From assembly GCA_034434875.1 (NCBI GenBank), contig DAOTYJ010000132.1, forward strand, positions 20,130 through 84,129: 64,000 bases of DNA, read 5' to 3'. The translations under genes were made by a program, and so were the position numbers. The DNA is from Dehalococcoidia bacterium. GTDB lineage: Bacteria > Chloroflexota > Dehalococcoidia > JAUQQI01. How positions within the stretch are numbered: the stretch's first letter is position 1; every line of letters starts with the position of its first letter. Below are positions 9,576 through 19,487 of this stretch, piece by piece. The notes below the pieces were generated by a model. That model did no database searches. It worked only from the letters and a program-made list of their open reading frames with translations, and was not told the origin of the DNA.

Positions 9576-9818
9576 TCAAGGGCTCTGCTCCTGGACCAGC
9601 TCGACCTGAACCCGCTCGCCCCGCCGGGCGGCCACGGCCCGCAGGATGGTGCGGACGGCCTGGATCACCTGGCCCTGGCGGCCGATAACCCGGCCGACAT
9701 CCTCCGGGGCGACCCGGACCCGGAAGACCCGGACCCCGCCCGCGTCGGCCTCCTCCACCCTCACCTCCTCGGGCCGGGTGGCCACCGACCTCACGACGAA
9801 TTCGACGAAGGATTTCAC
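9576..9818 (-). CDS. KH-domain RNA-binding protein (YlqC / UPF0109 family)
   Basis: KH motif [13 protein letters not shown]. Probable GTG start at 9818 (VKSFVEF), overlapping the rpsP stop. The track ORF is overextended at its N-terminus. Confidence 0.7.
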   Translation of the reverse strand: MKSFVEFVVRSVATRPEEVRVEEADAGGVRVFRVRVAPEDVGRVIGRQGQVIQAVRTILRAVAARRGERVQVELVQEQSP

Positions 9819-10069
9819 CGGCGGCCTCCCAGGTCGACCCCGGCCCGGGCCAGGAGGCGGGCGACGGTGTCGGTGGGCTGGGCCCCTTTGCGGAGCCACT
9901 CCCGGACCTTATCGGCGTCGACCCGCAGGGTGAAGGGCTCGGTGAGGGGGTCGTAAATCCCCACCATGTCGATATACTCCCCGTCCCGGGGCGCCCGGGC
10001 GTCGGCCACCACGATCCGGTAAAAGGGCCGGTTTTTGCTTCCCATCCGGCGCAGGCGAATTCGCAGCAT
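9815..10069 (-). CDS. rpsP: 30S ribosomal protein S16
   Basis: 84 aa protein ([25 protein letters not shown]...). GGAGGA RBS upstream. Confidence 0.9.
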   Translation of the reverse strand: MLRIRLRRMGSKNRPFYRIVVADARAPRDGEYIDMVGIYDPLTEPFTLRVDADKVREWLRKGAQPTDTVARLLARAGVDLGGRR

Positions 10070-10099
10070 TCAGGTCGGTCCTCCAGGTTTTCGTTCTGT

Positions 10100-10105
10100 C
10101 CGAAT
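10100..10105 (-). promoter_or_regulatory. TATAAT -10 element (minus strand), ~30 nt upstream of the rpsP start
   Basis: The reverse complement of ATTATA at 10100-10105 is TATAAT. It lies between the purL 3-prime end and the rpsP start. Confidence 0.3.
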
Positions 10106-10173
10106 AAAAATTATACCCCAGGGGCCTTTTTCGGCCGCGGAATGGGGGTCCGGCCCGGAGATCGCCGGCGGTA

Positions 10174-12432
10174 TCAGGCGGGGCGGGCGGAAGCCCCCAG
10201 GGCCCGGACCAGGCCGTTGCGCCAGGCGTCGGCCAGGAGGCCGAGGGGCAGGTCGACGATGCCCTTTATGGTGAACCGCCGGCCCCCGACGATGCCCAGC
10301 TTGGTCAGCGGAACCCCGAAGTTGCGGGCCAGCTCCTGAAGCCGGGGATACTGCCCCGGGCTTACCGAGACCACGACCCGGCTCTGGGTTTCGCCGAAGA
10401 GGGCCACATCCAGCCGGCCCCCGGGGTCGAAGGCCCAGTCCCGGAAGCCGATATCCCCGCAAATACAGCATTCGGCCAGGGCCACCGCCAGGCCCCCCTC
10501 CGAGCAGTCGTGGGCCGACCGGATGATCCCCCGGCGGACCCCTTCCAGGACCGTAAGCTGGACCCGCCGCTCCAGGTCCAGGTCGATGGCGGGCTCGCCC
10601 CGGACCTGGTTGTGGATTAAGCTCAGGTATTCGCTCCCGGCCAGGGCGGCCGCCGGGTCGGCCCCGTCGGGGGGCGGCCCCACCAGGGCCACCAGGTCCC
10701 CCTCGGCCTTAAATCCGGGGGTGCAGACCTGATTGAGGTCTTCAATAAGCCCCACCATCCCGACGATGGGGGTGGGCAGAACCGCCCGGCCCTCGGTCTC
10801 GTTGTAGAGGGAGGCGTTGCCGGAGACAACGGGGACCTCCAGGGCCCGCAGGGCCTCGGCCATCCCCCGGACCGCCTCCTCAAGCTGCCAGTAGACCTCC
10901 GGCCGCTCGGGGTTGCCGAAGTTAAGGCAGTCGGTGGCGGCGATGGGCTCGGCCCCGACGCAGACTAGGTTCCGGGCGGCCTCGGCAACGGCAATCATGG
11001 CGCCCACGTAGGGGTTGAGAAAGCAGAGCCGGCCGTTGCCGTCGGTGGTGAGGGCGATGGCCTTGCCGGTGCCCTTGACCCGGAGGACGGCGGCATCCGC
11101 CCCCGGCCCCACCACCGTATTGAGCAGGACCTGATGGTCGTACTGGCGGAAGACGTACTCCTTGCTGGCGATATTGGGCGAGCCCAGCAGCCGAACCAGC
11201 ACGTCGCTCACCACCGGTATGCCCGCCGCCTCCCAGGGGGGCGCAAAGAGGCGCAGGTCGGGCAGGGCGCCCAGGTCGAGCCGGCGGCGCTCCACCCACT
11301 CGGGGAGGGGCCGGCCCTCCAGCCGGTAGGTGGGGGGGTCGGTGAGTAGCTTTACGGGCAGCTCCGCCACAACCTCGCCCCCGGCCAGCACCCGAATCAG
11401 GCCGTCGGCGGTGACCCGGCCGATGATGCTGTAGTTAAGGCCCCACTTGGCGAAGATGGCCCCGATTTTCGGCTCGTCCTCGGGCCGGGCGATGACCAGC
11501 ATCCGCTCCTGCGATTCCGAAAGCATCACCTCGTAGGGGGTCATCCCCGCCTCCCGCCGGGGCACCCGGTCCACGTCCACCTCGACGCCGTGGCCGCCCC
11601 GGGCGGCGGCCTCGACGGCCGCGGCCGTGATGCCGGCCGCCCCCAGGTCCTGAAGGCCCACGGGCAGGCCCGATTCGGCCAGCTCAAGGCAGGCCTCCAA
11701 AAGCAGCTTCTCGGTAAACGGGTCCCCCACCTGAACGGCCGGCCGCAGGGATTCGGTCTCGGCGCCCAGGGTGGCGCTGGCGAAGGCGGCCCCGTGGATG
11801 CCGTCCCGGCCGGTGGCCGCCCCCACCAGGATCAGTAGGTCCCCCGGCCGGCCGGTCCGGGCCCGCAGGAGCCGGTCGGCCTTGGCCAGGCCGACGCACA
11901 TGACGTTGACCAGGGGGTTATCGGAGTAGGCGGGGTCGAAGAAGACCTCGCCCCCGACGGTGGGGACCCCGACGCAGTTGCCGTAGCCGGCGATGCCGGC
12001 TACGACCCCGTTGAAAAGATACCGGTTGCGGGGGACAGAAAGGGGTCCGAAGCGGAGGGAGTCAAGCAGGGCCATGGGCCGGGCCCCCATGGTGAAGATA
12101 TCCCGGAGGATGCCCCCAACCCCGGTGGCCGCCCCCTGGTAGGGCTCCACGGCCGACGGGTGGTTGTGGGACTCGATTTTAAGGGCCACCACGTAGCCGT
12201 CGCCGATGCTGACGACCCCGGCGTTCTCCTCCCCGGGGCCGACCACCACCCGGGGACCGCTCCCCGGTAGCATCTTGAGGAGGGGCCTGGTGTGCTTGTA
12301 GCCGCAGTGCTCGCTCCAGAGGGCCCCGACCATCCCCAGCTCCAGGTGGTTAGGGGTCCGGCCGAGGCGTTCGACCAGGGTCCGGTATTCCGATTCGGTT
12401 AAGCCGACCTGCCTAAGCTGGGTTGCGTCCAT
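10174..12432 (-). CDS. purL: Phosphoribosylformylglycinamidine synthase subunit PurL
   Basis: 752 aa protein with a duplicated AIR-synthase-related fold. N-terminus [16 protein letters not shown]..., typical of PurL. Confidence 0.9.
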   Translation of the reverse strand: MDATQLRQVGLTESEYRTLVERLGRTPNHLELGMVGALWSEHCGYKHTRPLLKMLPGSGPRVVVGPGEENAGVVSIGDGYVVALKIESHNHPSAVEPYQGAATGVGGILRDIFTMGARPMALLDSLRFGPLSVPRNRYLFNGVVAGIAGYGNCVGVPTVGGEVFFDPAYSDNPLVNVMCVGLAKADRLLRARTGRPGDLLILVGAATGRDGIHGAAFASATLGAETESLRPAVQVGDPFTEKLLLEACLELAESGLPVGLQDLGAAGITAAAVEAAARGGHGVEVDVDRVPRREAGMTPYEVMLSESQERMLVIARPEDEPKIGAIFAKWGLNYSIIGRVTADGLIRVLAGGEVVAELPVKLLTDPPTYRLEGRPLPEWVERRRLDLGALPDLRLFAPPWEAAGIPVVSDVLVRLLGSPNIASKEYVFRQYDHQVLLNTVVGPGADAAVLRVKGTGKAIALTTDGNGRLCFLNPYVGAMIAVAEAARNLVCVGAEPIAATDCLNFGNPERPEVYWQLEEAVRGMAEALRALEVPVVSGNASLYNETEGRAVLPTPIVGMVGLIEDLNQVCTPGFKAEGDLVALVGPPPDGADPAAALAGSEYLSLIHNQVRGEPAIDLDLERRVQLTVLEGVRRGIIRSAHDCSEGGLAVALAECCICGDIGFRDWAFDPGGRLDVALFGETQSRVVVSVSPGQYPRLQELARNFGVPLTKLGIVGGRRFTIKGIVDLPLGLLADAWRNGLVRALGASARPA

Positions 12433-13117
12433 CGGCCCACCTGATTATCGAGTCCCAGATGTACCGGCCGTCGGCGCTTCCCAGCACCTCTTCCGAGGCC
12501 CGCTCGGGATGGGGCATCATCCCCAGAACGTTGCCGGCGGGGTTGATGATGCCGGCGATGTTGTTTACCGACCCGTTGGGGTTCGCCTCGGGGGTCACCT
12601 CCCCCGTCGGGGTCGCGTAGCGGAAGACCACCCGGCCGGTCCGCCCCAGTTCGGCCAGGGTTTCGGGGTCGGCGAAGTAGTTGCCGTCGCCGTGGGAGAT
12701 GGGGATCTTAAGGACCTGGCCCCGGGCACACGCCAGGGTGAAGGGGGTTTCGCTGTTTTCCACCCGCAGGTAAACCCACTGGCACCGGAACTGGAGGTGG
12801 TTATTTCGCAAAAGGGCCCCCGGCAGAAGGCCGGCCTCACACAGGATCTGAAACCCGTTGCAGATGCCCAGGACCAGCCGGCCGGCGGCCGCAAAGTCGG
12901 CCACGGCCCCCATCACCGGCGCAAACCGGGCGATGGCCCCCGGGCGCAGGTAGTCCCCGTAGGAGAAGCCCCCCGGCAGGATGACACAGTCCAGGTCGGA
13001 AAGGTCCGTCTCCCGGTACCAGACGTAGCGGACCTCCTGGCCGTAAACCTCGGAAAGGACGTAGAAGCAGTCCAGGTCGCTCCAGGTTCCGGGGAAGCGA
13101 ACGACGCCGAAGCGCAA
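12413..13117 (-). CDS. purQ: Phosphoribosylformylglycinamidine synthase subunit PurQ (glutamine amidotransferase)
   Basis: 234 aa class I GATase ([16 protein letters not shown]..., catalytic GICNGFQ). Overlaps purL by 20 nt. Confidence 0.9.
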   Translation of the reverse strand: MRFGVVRFPGTWSDLDCFYVLSEVYGQEVRYVWYRETDLSDLDCVILPGGFSYGDYLRPGAIARFAPVMGAVADFAAAGRLVLGICNGFQILCEAGLLPGALLRNNHLQFRCQWVYLRVENSETPFTLACARGQVLKIPISHGDGNYFADPETLAELGRTGRVVFRYATPTGEVTPEANPNGSVNNIAGIINPAGNVLGMMPHPERASEEVLGSADGRYIWDSIIRWADGRNPA

Positions 13118-13180
13118 GCTAGTTAAAAGCCTCCGTGCTGTTCAAAGCCACCGCGAAACTATTATAAAACTTGCGGGAAG

Positions 13181-13894
13181 GTGACGACGGAGAGCCCCCT
13201 CGAAAAGGCCCGGCGGGTCCGGGCGATGTTCCGCCGGATCGTCGCCCGCTACGACCTGCTCAATACCCTGATGTCGTGGGGCCTCGACCGGCACTGGCGG
13301 CGGGCGGCGGTGGGCCGGGCCGGGGTCGGCGGCGCCCGGGTCCTCGACCTGGCCACGGGGACCGGGGAGCTGGCCTTCGAGGCCCTCCGCCAGGGGGCGG
13401 CCCGGGTGGTCGGGGTCGATTTTGCCCCCGAAATGCTGGCCCTGGCCGCGGCCAAGGCCCGGCGCCGGAGGCTCTCGCCGCCCCCCGACTGGGTGGTGGG
13501 GGACGCCTTAAACCTGCCCTTCGCCGACGCCGCCTTCGACCTGGTAATCAACGGCTTTCTGCTCCGGAACCTGGCCGACTTGGGCCAGGCCTTCCGGGAG
13601 ATGTACCGGGTGCTGAAGCCGGGCGGCCGGGTCGTCTGCCTGGATGCCGTCGAACCGGACCTCGGGCCCCTGATGCCCCTCTACCGCCTCTATTTTTACC
13701 GGCTGGTGCCCCTGGTGGGCGGCCTCGTCTCCGGCGACCCCGCCGCCTACGCCTACCTGCCGGCGTCGCTTAAAAATCTGCCCCAGGGGGCCGAGCTTTT
13801 AAAGCTGATGGCCGCCGCCGGCTTCGAAGAGACCGGCTTTCGGCCCCTGACCCTGGGGCTGGTGGCGGTCTACTTTGGCCGGCGGCCGGGTTGA
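13181..13894 (+). CDS. ubiE: Demethylmenaquinone / ubiquinone biosynthesis C-methyltransferase UbiE/MenG family
   Basis: SAM-MTase motif I VLDLATGTGE. Conserved N-terminal FxxIAxxYDLLN box and YRVLKPGGR motif. GTG start. Confidence 0.8.
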   Translation: MTTESPLEKARRVRAMFRRIVARYDLLNTLMSWGLDRHWRRAAVGRAGVGGARVLDLATGTGELAFEALRQGAARVVGVDFAPEMLALAAAKARRRRLSPPPDWVVGDALNLPFADAAFDLVINGFLLRNLADLGQAFREMYRVLKPGGRVVCLDAVEPDLGPLMPLYRLYFYRLVPLVGGLVSGDPAAYAYLPASLKNLPQGAELLKLMAAAGFEETGFRPLTLGLVAVYFGRRPG

Positions 13895-13983
13895 GTCGGG
13901 CGTAACTGGACAAAAGTTTTCGGCCGGGGGATACTAAAGTAGTTGGGGCGGCGGCCCGACGGGTCCCGCGGTCTGGAGGAGTT

Positions 13984-15681
13984 ATGGGGGCCGAATTGAA
14001 GAGTCTGCTGGGCCGGTTCCGGCGTCGGCGCCTGCTCGTCGAGGTCTGGGCCGCCGTCGCCGGGGCCCTGGCCCTTTGGGGGGCGGCGGGGGCGGCCCTG
14101 GCCGGGTTCAACCTGCTTATCCCCGGCCTCCCTTCCGCCCAGGTTCGGCTGGCCGGCCTCCTGCTCCTCCTGCCAGCCCTGGCCGGCCTCGGGGTTTACC
14201 TCCTCCGCCTGGGCTGGGGCGACCTGAGGGTCGCCCGGCTGGTGGACCTTTCGGCCGGCCTTAAGGACCGGCTCACCACCGCCGTGGAGCTTTCCCAGGG
14301 GCGCATCCGCTCCCCCTTCGCCGACCGCCAGCTGGCCGATGCCCTGGCCGCGGGCTCGGCCGTCCCCCCGGCCCGGGTCTTCCCCTGGCGGTGGCATCCC
14401 CTGCGCTGGCTGGTGGCGGCCCTGCTTACGGCGCTCTTTCTCGGGCTGACTTTTCAGCCAAACCCCCGGGACCGCTTGCTGGCCCGGGAGGCCGAGGCCC
14501 GCCAGGCCATCGCCGCCGTCCAGGCCGATATCGAGCGGCTTAAAGGGGAGCTGGGGAGTTCGCCGAACCCCTCCCCCGACCTTCAGCAGGCCCGGGAACA
14601 GCTTGAGCGGCTGAGCCAGGAGCTGGCCGAAGCCGGCCCCAACCGGGCGCAGGCCCTGGCCCGCCTGGGCGAGGCCCAGCAGAACCTGGCCGGCCAATTA
14701 AGTCCTCGGGCCCAGGCCGAAAGGTTCGGCCTCGACCGGCTGGCCCGGGAACTGGAGCGCTCGGGGCAGGCCCCGGGCCTGGGGGGGAGGTTCGGCCAGG
14801 GCGACCGGCAGGCCCCGGCGGAGGCCCTGGAGAATACCGCCGGCCGGCTTGGGGAGCTTTCGGCCGAAAGCCGGGAGGCCCTGGCCCAGGCCCTGGAGCG
14901 GGCGGCCCAGACCCTGCGGGGCATCAACCCGACCCTGGCCGACCGGCTCCAGCAGGCCGCCGAAGCCCTGCGCCGGGGCGACCTGGAGGCCGCCCGCCAG
15001 GCCCTGGAAGAGGCCGGGCGGCTGGCCGGCGAGATGGGCCGGCGGGTGGAGGGCCAGGAGCGGCTCGCCCGGATTGTGGACCGCCTCGAAGCCGAGCGGC
15101 GGCAGCTGGCCGGTCAGGACCGGCCCGGGGCGCTGGCCCGGGCCCAGGGCCAGCAGGCCGGGCCGTCGGCCCCGGCCCAGCAGCCTGGCCAGCAGGCCGG
15201 CCAGGGCGGTCAGGGAGCCCAGGGCCAGCCCGGGGACCGGGGAGCCCAGGGCCAGGCGGGTCAGGCCGCCGGCCCAAACCAGTCGGGAACCGGGGCCGGA
15301 TTTTCGGGCCAGACTTCGGGGGATGTGGCCGGCACCACCGCCCCAAGGTCCCAGGGTGGGGTGGCCACCGGCGGCGGCCGGCCGCTGACCGACCGGCCGG
15401 GCAGTACCGCCACCGGGGAGCTGGATGCCGTTTACGCCCCGGTCCAGCGGCTCGGCGCCCCCGGCCAGCCCTCGTTTATCCCCGGCCAGCAGTCCCAGGG
15501 CCCCGTCGAGCGCCAGCAGGGGGACGGGCCGGTGGAGGTCGGGCAGATGCTGGTTCCTTATCAGGAGGTGGTCGGCCAGTACCAGGCGGCCGCCGGCCGG
15601 GCCCTGGACAGCGGCTACGTGCCCGGACCCTTTAAAGACCTGGTTAAAGCTTACTTTGATTCGCTAAGTCAGGGTAGATAA
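13984..15681 (+). CDS. Hypothetical membrane protein with N-terminal TM helices, long coiled-coil and Gln/Gly/Ala-rich low-complexity region; first gene of the MoxR/DUF58/vWA operon
   Basis: 565 aa protein. Three hydrophobic segments in the first 150 residues. The remainder is Q/A/E/R-rich coiled-coil and QGQ repeats. No recognisable catalytic motifs. Confidence 0.55.
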   Translation: MGAELKSLLGRFRRRRLLVEVWAAVAGALALWGAAGAALAGFNLLIPGLPSAQVRLAGLLLLLPALAGLGVYLLRLGWGDLRVARLVDLSAGLKDRLTTAVELSQGRIRSPFADRQLADALAAGSAVPPARVFPWRWHPLRWLVAALLTALFLGLTFQPNPRDRLLAREAEARQAIAAVQADIERLKGELGSSPNPSPDLQQAREQLERLSQELAEAGPNRAQALARLGEAQQNLAGQLSPRAQAERFGLDRLARELERSGQAPGLGGRFGQGDRQAPAEALENTAGRLGELSAESREALAQALERAAQTLRGINPTLADRLQQAAEALRRGDLEAARQALEEAGRLAGEMGRRVEGQERLARIVDRLEAERRQLAGQDRPGALARAQGQQAGPSAPAQQPGQQAGQGGQGAQGQPGDRGAQGQAGQAAGPNQSGTGAGFSGQTSGDVAGTTAPRSQGGVATGGGRPLTDRPGSTATGELDAVYAPVQRLGAPGQPSFIPGQQSQGPVERQQGDGPVEVGQMLVPYQEVVGQYQAAAGRALDSGYVPGPFKDLVKAYFDSLSQGR

Positions 15682-15708
15682 AAGACTCTGGCCGGAGGGG
15701 GACTTGCG

Positions 15709-16695
15709 GTGGTTGAAACGGCCCTAACCGTCGAAGGGTTTCAGAAGGTTGCCGGCCGGATCGAGGCCGAGGTCGGCAAGGTTATCGTCGGCCAGCGGGA
15801 GGTGGTCCGCTACGTCCTTATCGCCCTCATCGCCGGCGGCCACGTCCTCCTGGAAGGGGTGCCCGGCCTGGGCAAGACGATGCTGGTTCGAACCCTGGCC
15901 TCGGCCCTTAACCTGAAGTTCAGCCGGATTCAGTTTACCCCCGACCTGATGCCCTCGGACATCACCGGCACGGTGATCCTGGTCGAGGATGAGGCCGGGC
16001 GGCGGACCTTCCAGTTCCAGCCGGGACCCATCTTTGCCAACCTGGTGCTGGCCGACGAAATCAACCGGGCCACCCCGAAGACCCAGTCGGCCCTCCTGGA
16101 GGCGATGCAGGAGCGGACCGTCACCGTAAGCAACACCATCCACCGCCTCCCCCGGCCCTTCTTCGTGCTGGCCACCCAGAACCCCATCGAGATGGAGGGA
16201 ACCTACCCCCTCCCCGAGGCCCAGCTCGACCGCTTTCTCTTCAAGCTTCTGGTTTCTTTTCCCCGGGCCGACGAGCTTATCGACATCCTCAACCGCACCA
16301 CCGCCGTCGGGGAGCCCCGGGCCGAACCGGTGGCCGACGGCGAAACCATCCTGGCCATGGGGGAGCTGGCCCGGGGGCTGGCGGTGGCCTCCCCGGTTAT
16401 GGATTACGTCGCCCGCCTGGTCCTGGCAACCCACCCGGAGAACCCCGAAGCCCCCGACGTGGTAAGGCGCTACGTCCGCTACGGGAGCAGTCCCCGGGGC
16501 GCCCAGGCCCTGGTCTTGGGGGCGAAGATTGCGGCCCTTCTTGACGGCCGCTTCAACGTGGCCATCGACGACGTTCGGGCGGTGGCCCTGCCGGCCCTCC
16601 GGCACCGGGTCATCCTCAACTTTGAGGGCCAGGCCGAGGGCATCCAGCCCGACCAGGTAATCCGGACCCTCCTTGAGCAGCTGCCCGTTAAGTAA
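15709..16695 (+). CDS. MoxR-family AAA+ ATPase
   Basis: Walker A GVPGLGKT and Walker B LADEINRA. Typical MoxR length of 328 aa. GTG start with a GGAGGGGGA RBS. Confidence 0.85.
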   Translation: MVETALTVEGFQKVAGRIEAEVGKVIVGQREVVRYVLIALIAGGHVLLEGVPGLGKTMLVRTLASALNLKFSRIQFTPDLMPSDITGTVILVEDEAGRRTFQFQPGPIFANLVLADEINRATPKTQSALLEAMQERTVTVSNTIHRLPRPFFVLATQNPIEMEGTYPLPEAQLDRFLFKLLVSFPRADELIDILNRTTAVGEPRAEPVADGETILAMGELARGLAVASPVMDYVARLVLATHPENPEAPDVVRRYVRYGSSPRGAQALVLGAKIAALLDGRFNVAIDDVRAVALPALRHRVILNFEGQAEGIQPDQVIRTLLEQLPVK

Positions 16696-16698
16696 GCC

Positions 16699-17586
16699 AT
16701 GCGCCTGCGGGATACCTTCGGCGAGGCCCTGCTGGGAAAGCTTTCCAGGCTGAGGCTGGCCGTGAGGCGGGCCCGGCCCGGCCGGCAGAGCGGGGAGCGG
16801 CGCAGTACCAAGAAGGGGCGGGCCATCGAGTTTGCCGATTTTCGCCGCTACGCCGTCGGCGACGACCCCCGCCTCATCGACTGGAACGTTTACGCCCGGC
16901 TGGAGAAGCTTTTCGTCCGCCTCTACCAGGAAGAGGAGGACGTTACGGCCCACATCCTCATCGACGCCAGCCGGTCGATGGATTGGGGCGAGCCCCAGAA
17001 GCTTGGGTTCGCCCTGCGGCTGGGGGCCGCCCTGGGCTACATCGTCCTGGCCACCGCCGACCGGCTGGTGGTCTCGACCCTTCGGGACGACCGGGTCGTC
17101 CCCCTGACCCCGCCCCTCCGGGGCAAACACTACACCCTGGGGCTTTTCCGCCGGCTGGAGGCGGTGGAGGCGGGGGGTACGACCCGCCTAAACGCGGCCC
17201 TTACGGCCTACGCCGGCCGGCCCCAGGCCCCCGGCCCCCTGGTCTTGATTTCCGACCTCTTTGCCCCCGAAGGCTTCGAGGCCGGGCTTAAGGCCCTGCA
17301 GGGGGCCGGCTACGAGGTGACCGTCTGCCACGTCCTTGCCCCCCAGGAGCTGGAGCCCGACCTGACGGGGGACCTGGAGCTGGTGGACGTCGAGACCGGG
17401 GACCGGCGGGAGGTGACCCTCACCCCGGCCGACCTTGACGAGTACGCCGAGAACCTCCGCCGCTGGCGGGAGGGGGTGGCGGCCTGGTGTCTGCGGCGGG
17501 GCATCAACTTCATCCCCCTGGACACCCGCATCCCCCTTGAAGAGCTGGTTTTTAAAGAGCTGCCGCGGCGCGGGGTCTTAGTTTAG
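16699..17586 (+). CDS. DUF58 domain protein (MoxR partner with vWA-like fold)
   Basis: Conserved DUF58 core (EFADFRRYAVGDDPRLIDWNVYAR). Follows moxR with a 3-nt gap. Confidence 0.8.
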   Translation: MRLRDTFGEALLGKLSRLRLAVRRARPGRQSGERRSTKKGRAIEFADFRRYAVGDDPRLIDWNVYARLEKLFVRLYQEEEDVTAHILIDASRSMDWGEPQKLGFALRLGAALGYIVLATADRLVVSTLRDDRVVPLTPPLRGKHYTLGLFRRLEAVEAGGTTRLNAALTAYAGRPQAPGPLVLISDLFAPEGFEAGLKALQGAGYEVTVCHVLAPQELEPDLTGDLELVDVETGDRREVTLTPADLDEYAENLRRWREGVAAWCLRRGINFIPLDTRIPLEELVFKELPRRGVLV

Positions 17587-17597
17587 GGGGGCAAGGG

Positions 17598-19487
17598 ATG
17601 GGTCTTATCGCGCCGGCGGCCCTGGCCCTCTTCCTCCTGGCCGGACCCATCGTCGTCCTCTACCTGCTCAAGCTCCGGCGGGAGCGGCGGCCGGTCTCGA
17701 GCCTGATGCTCTGGCCGGCCGCCCGGGCGAGCCTCCAGGCCAACCGGCCCTGGCAGCGGTTCCGCTGGAGCTGGCTTTTGCTTTTGCAGCTTCTCATCCT
17801 GGCCGCCCTGGTGCTGGGGTCGGCCCGGCCCTTCCGGGTCGAAACGGCCCAGCCCACCGGCCGCAACGTCCTGGTCCTGGACACTTCGGCCTCCATGGGG
17901 GCCGCCGACGTCCCCCCCAACCGGCTTGAGGCCGCCAAACGGGAAGCCCGCGGCTACCTGGAGAGCCTCCACCCCGACGACGAGGTCGCCCTGGTGGTGG
18001 GCGGCCGTCAGGCCCGGGTCCTGGTCAACCCGACCCGGGACCGGGAGCTGGTGCGGCGGGCCCTCGACGCCGTCAGGGTCACGGCCGAGCCCTCCGACCT
18101 GGGGGAGCTTCTCCGGCTGGCGGTGGGCATCGCCGGGGGGACGGGGCGGGGCCGGGTGGTCCTCTTCTCGGACGGGGTCGTGCCCAACCTGCCCCTGGGC
18201 CGGCTGCCGGTTCCCCTGGATTTCCGGCCGGTGGGGGCCCGGGGCAACAACCTGGGGATCACGGCCGTTCAGCTCAGGCCCGGCCCCGGCGGCGACGAGC
18301 TCTTCGTCCGGCTCGACGGGTCCATTCCCGAGGCCGGCCGGGTCCTGGTGCGGCTGCTGGCCGGGGGGAGGCTTCTGGATGCCCGGGAGGTGGCCGTCAC
18401 CCCGGAGGGGGGCGGGGCGGCGGTCTTTTCGGGGGTTCCGGCCGACGAAGGGGTGCTGGAGGTGGTCCTGGACGTGAACGACGACCTGGGGGCGGACAAC
18501 CGGGTCTGGGTGGCCCGCTCCGGCCGCCAGACGGTCCGGGTGCTTTACCAGGGCCGGGGCAACCTCTTCCTGGAGCGGGCCCTCGGCCTCATCCGGGGGG
18601 TCGAGCTGACCCGCCTGGCCCCGGATAGTCCCCTCCCCGCCGACCGCTTCGACCTGTACGTTTTCGACGGGGTGGCCGCCCGGGTCGAGGGGGCCGGCAA
18701 CTGGTGGTGGATAAACCCGCCGGCCGGGACCGGCCCCGGCTTTGAGGTGGGGCCGGAGGTGCTCTTTCCCGAGGTGACCTTCTTCGACCCGGAGCACCCC
18801 CTCCTTCGGTCGGTGGACCTGGGTGGTCTGGCCCTGGCCCGGACCCGGGCCGTCACGGCCACGGCCGAGTGGCGGGTTCTGGCCACCGCCGGCCCGACCC
18901 CCATCCTCCTGGCCCGGGAGACGGAGGCCGGAAGGCAGGTGGTCTCGGCCTTCAACCTGCAGGAGAGCGACTTCCCCCTCCAGCCCGGATTCCCCATCTT
19001 CGTCGCCAACCTGGTGGCCTGGACCGCCCGCACCGGCCCGGCCTCCCTGGCCGTCTACCGGCCCGGCGACCCGGTGCCGGTGAGGGTCCGGCCGGAGACC
19101 ACCCAGCTGAAGGTGGTCCGGCCCGACGGTTCGGAGCTGACCTTCGAGCCCCGGGCCGAGGTCTTCACCTTCGGCCAGACGGACCAGCTCGGGGTGTACA
19201 CGGTGGTCCAGCTTTCCGGCGGCCAGGAGGTCGGCCGCAGTCTGGCGGCCGTGAACCTGCTCAGCCCCGGGGAGAGCCGGACCGCCCCCCGGTCGGAGCT
19301 TCCCGTCGTCGGCTCGGGCGCCCAGGAGCAGCCGGCCGAAACCGAGGTGCGGCGGGAGCTCTGGGAGGTGCTGGCCCTGGCGGCCCTGGGCCTGCTGCTT
19401 CTGGAGTGGTGGGCCTTTTACCGGGGCATCCGGGTTCGCCTGAGGCTGCCCCGGCCCTTCGGCGGGGGGAGGCTGGGCCGTGCCTAG
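17598..19487 (+). CDS. BatA-like vWA domain membrane protein (aerotolerance-regulator N-terminal TM domain + von Willebrand factor A domain)
   Basis: N-terminal double TM segment. vWA MIDAS motif (LVLDTSASM). C-terminal TM segment. Confidence 0.75.
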   Translation: MGLIAPAALALFLLAGPIVVLYLLKLRRERRPVSSLMLWPAARASLQANRPWQRFRWSWLLLLQLLILAALVLGSARPFRVETAQPTGRNVLVLDTSASMGAADVPPNRLEAAKREARGYLESLHPDDEVALVVGGRQARVLVNPTRDRELVRRALDAVRVTAEPSDLGELLRLAVGIAGGTGRGRVVLFSDGVVPNLPLGRLPVPLDFRPVGARGNNLGITAVQLRPGPGGDELFVRLDGSIPEAGRVLVRLLAGGRLLDAREVAVTPEGGGAAVFSGVPADEGVLEVVLDVNDDLGADNRVWVARSGRQTVRVLYQGRGNLFLERALGLIRGVELTRLAPDSPLPADRFDLYVFDGVAARVEGAGNWWWINPPAGTGPGFEVGPEVLFPEVTFFDPEHPLLRSVDLGGLALARTRAVTATAEWRVLATAGPTPILLARETEAGRQVVSAFNLQESDFPLQPGFPIFVANLVAWTARTGPASLAVYRPGDPVPVRVRPETTQLKVVRPDGSELTFEPRAEVFTFGQTDQLGVYTVVQLSGGQEVGRSLAAVNLLSPGESRTAPRSELPVVGSGAQEQPAETEVRRELWEVLALAALGLLLLEWWAFYRGIRVRLRLPRPFGGGRLGRA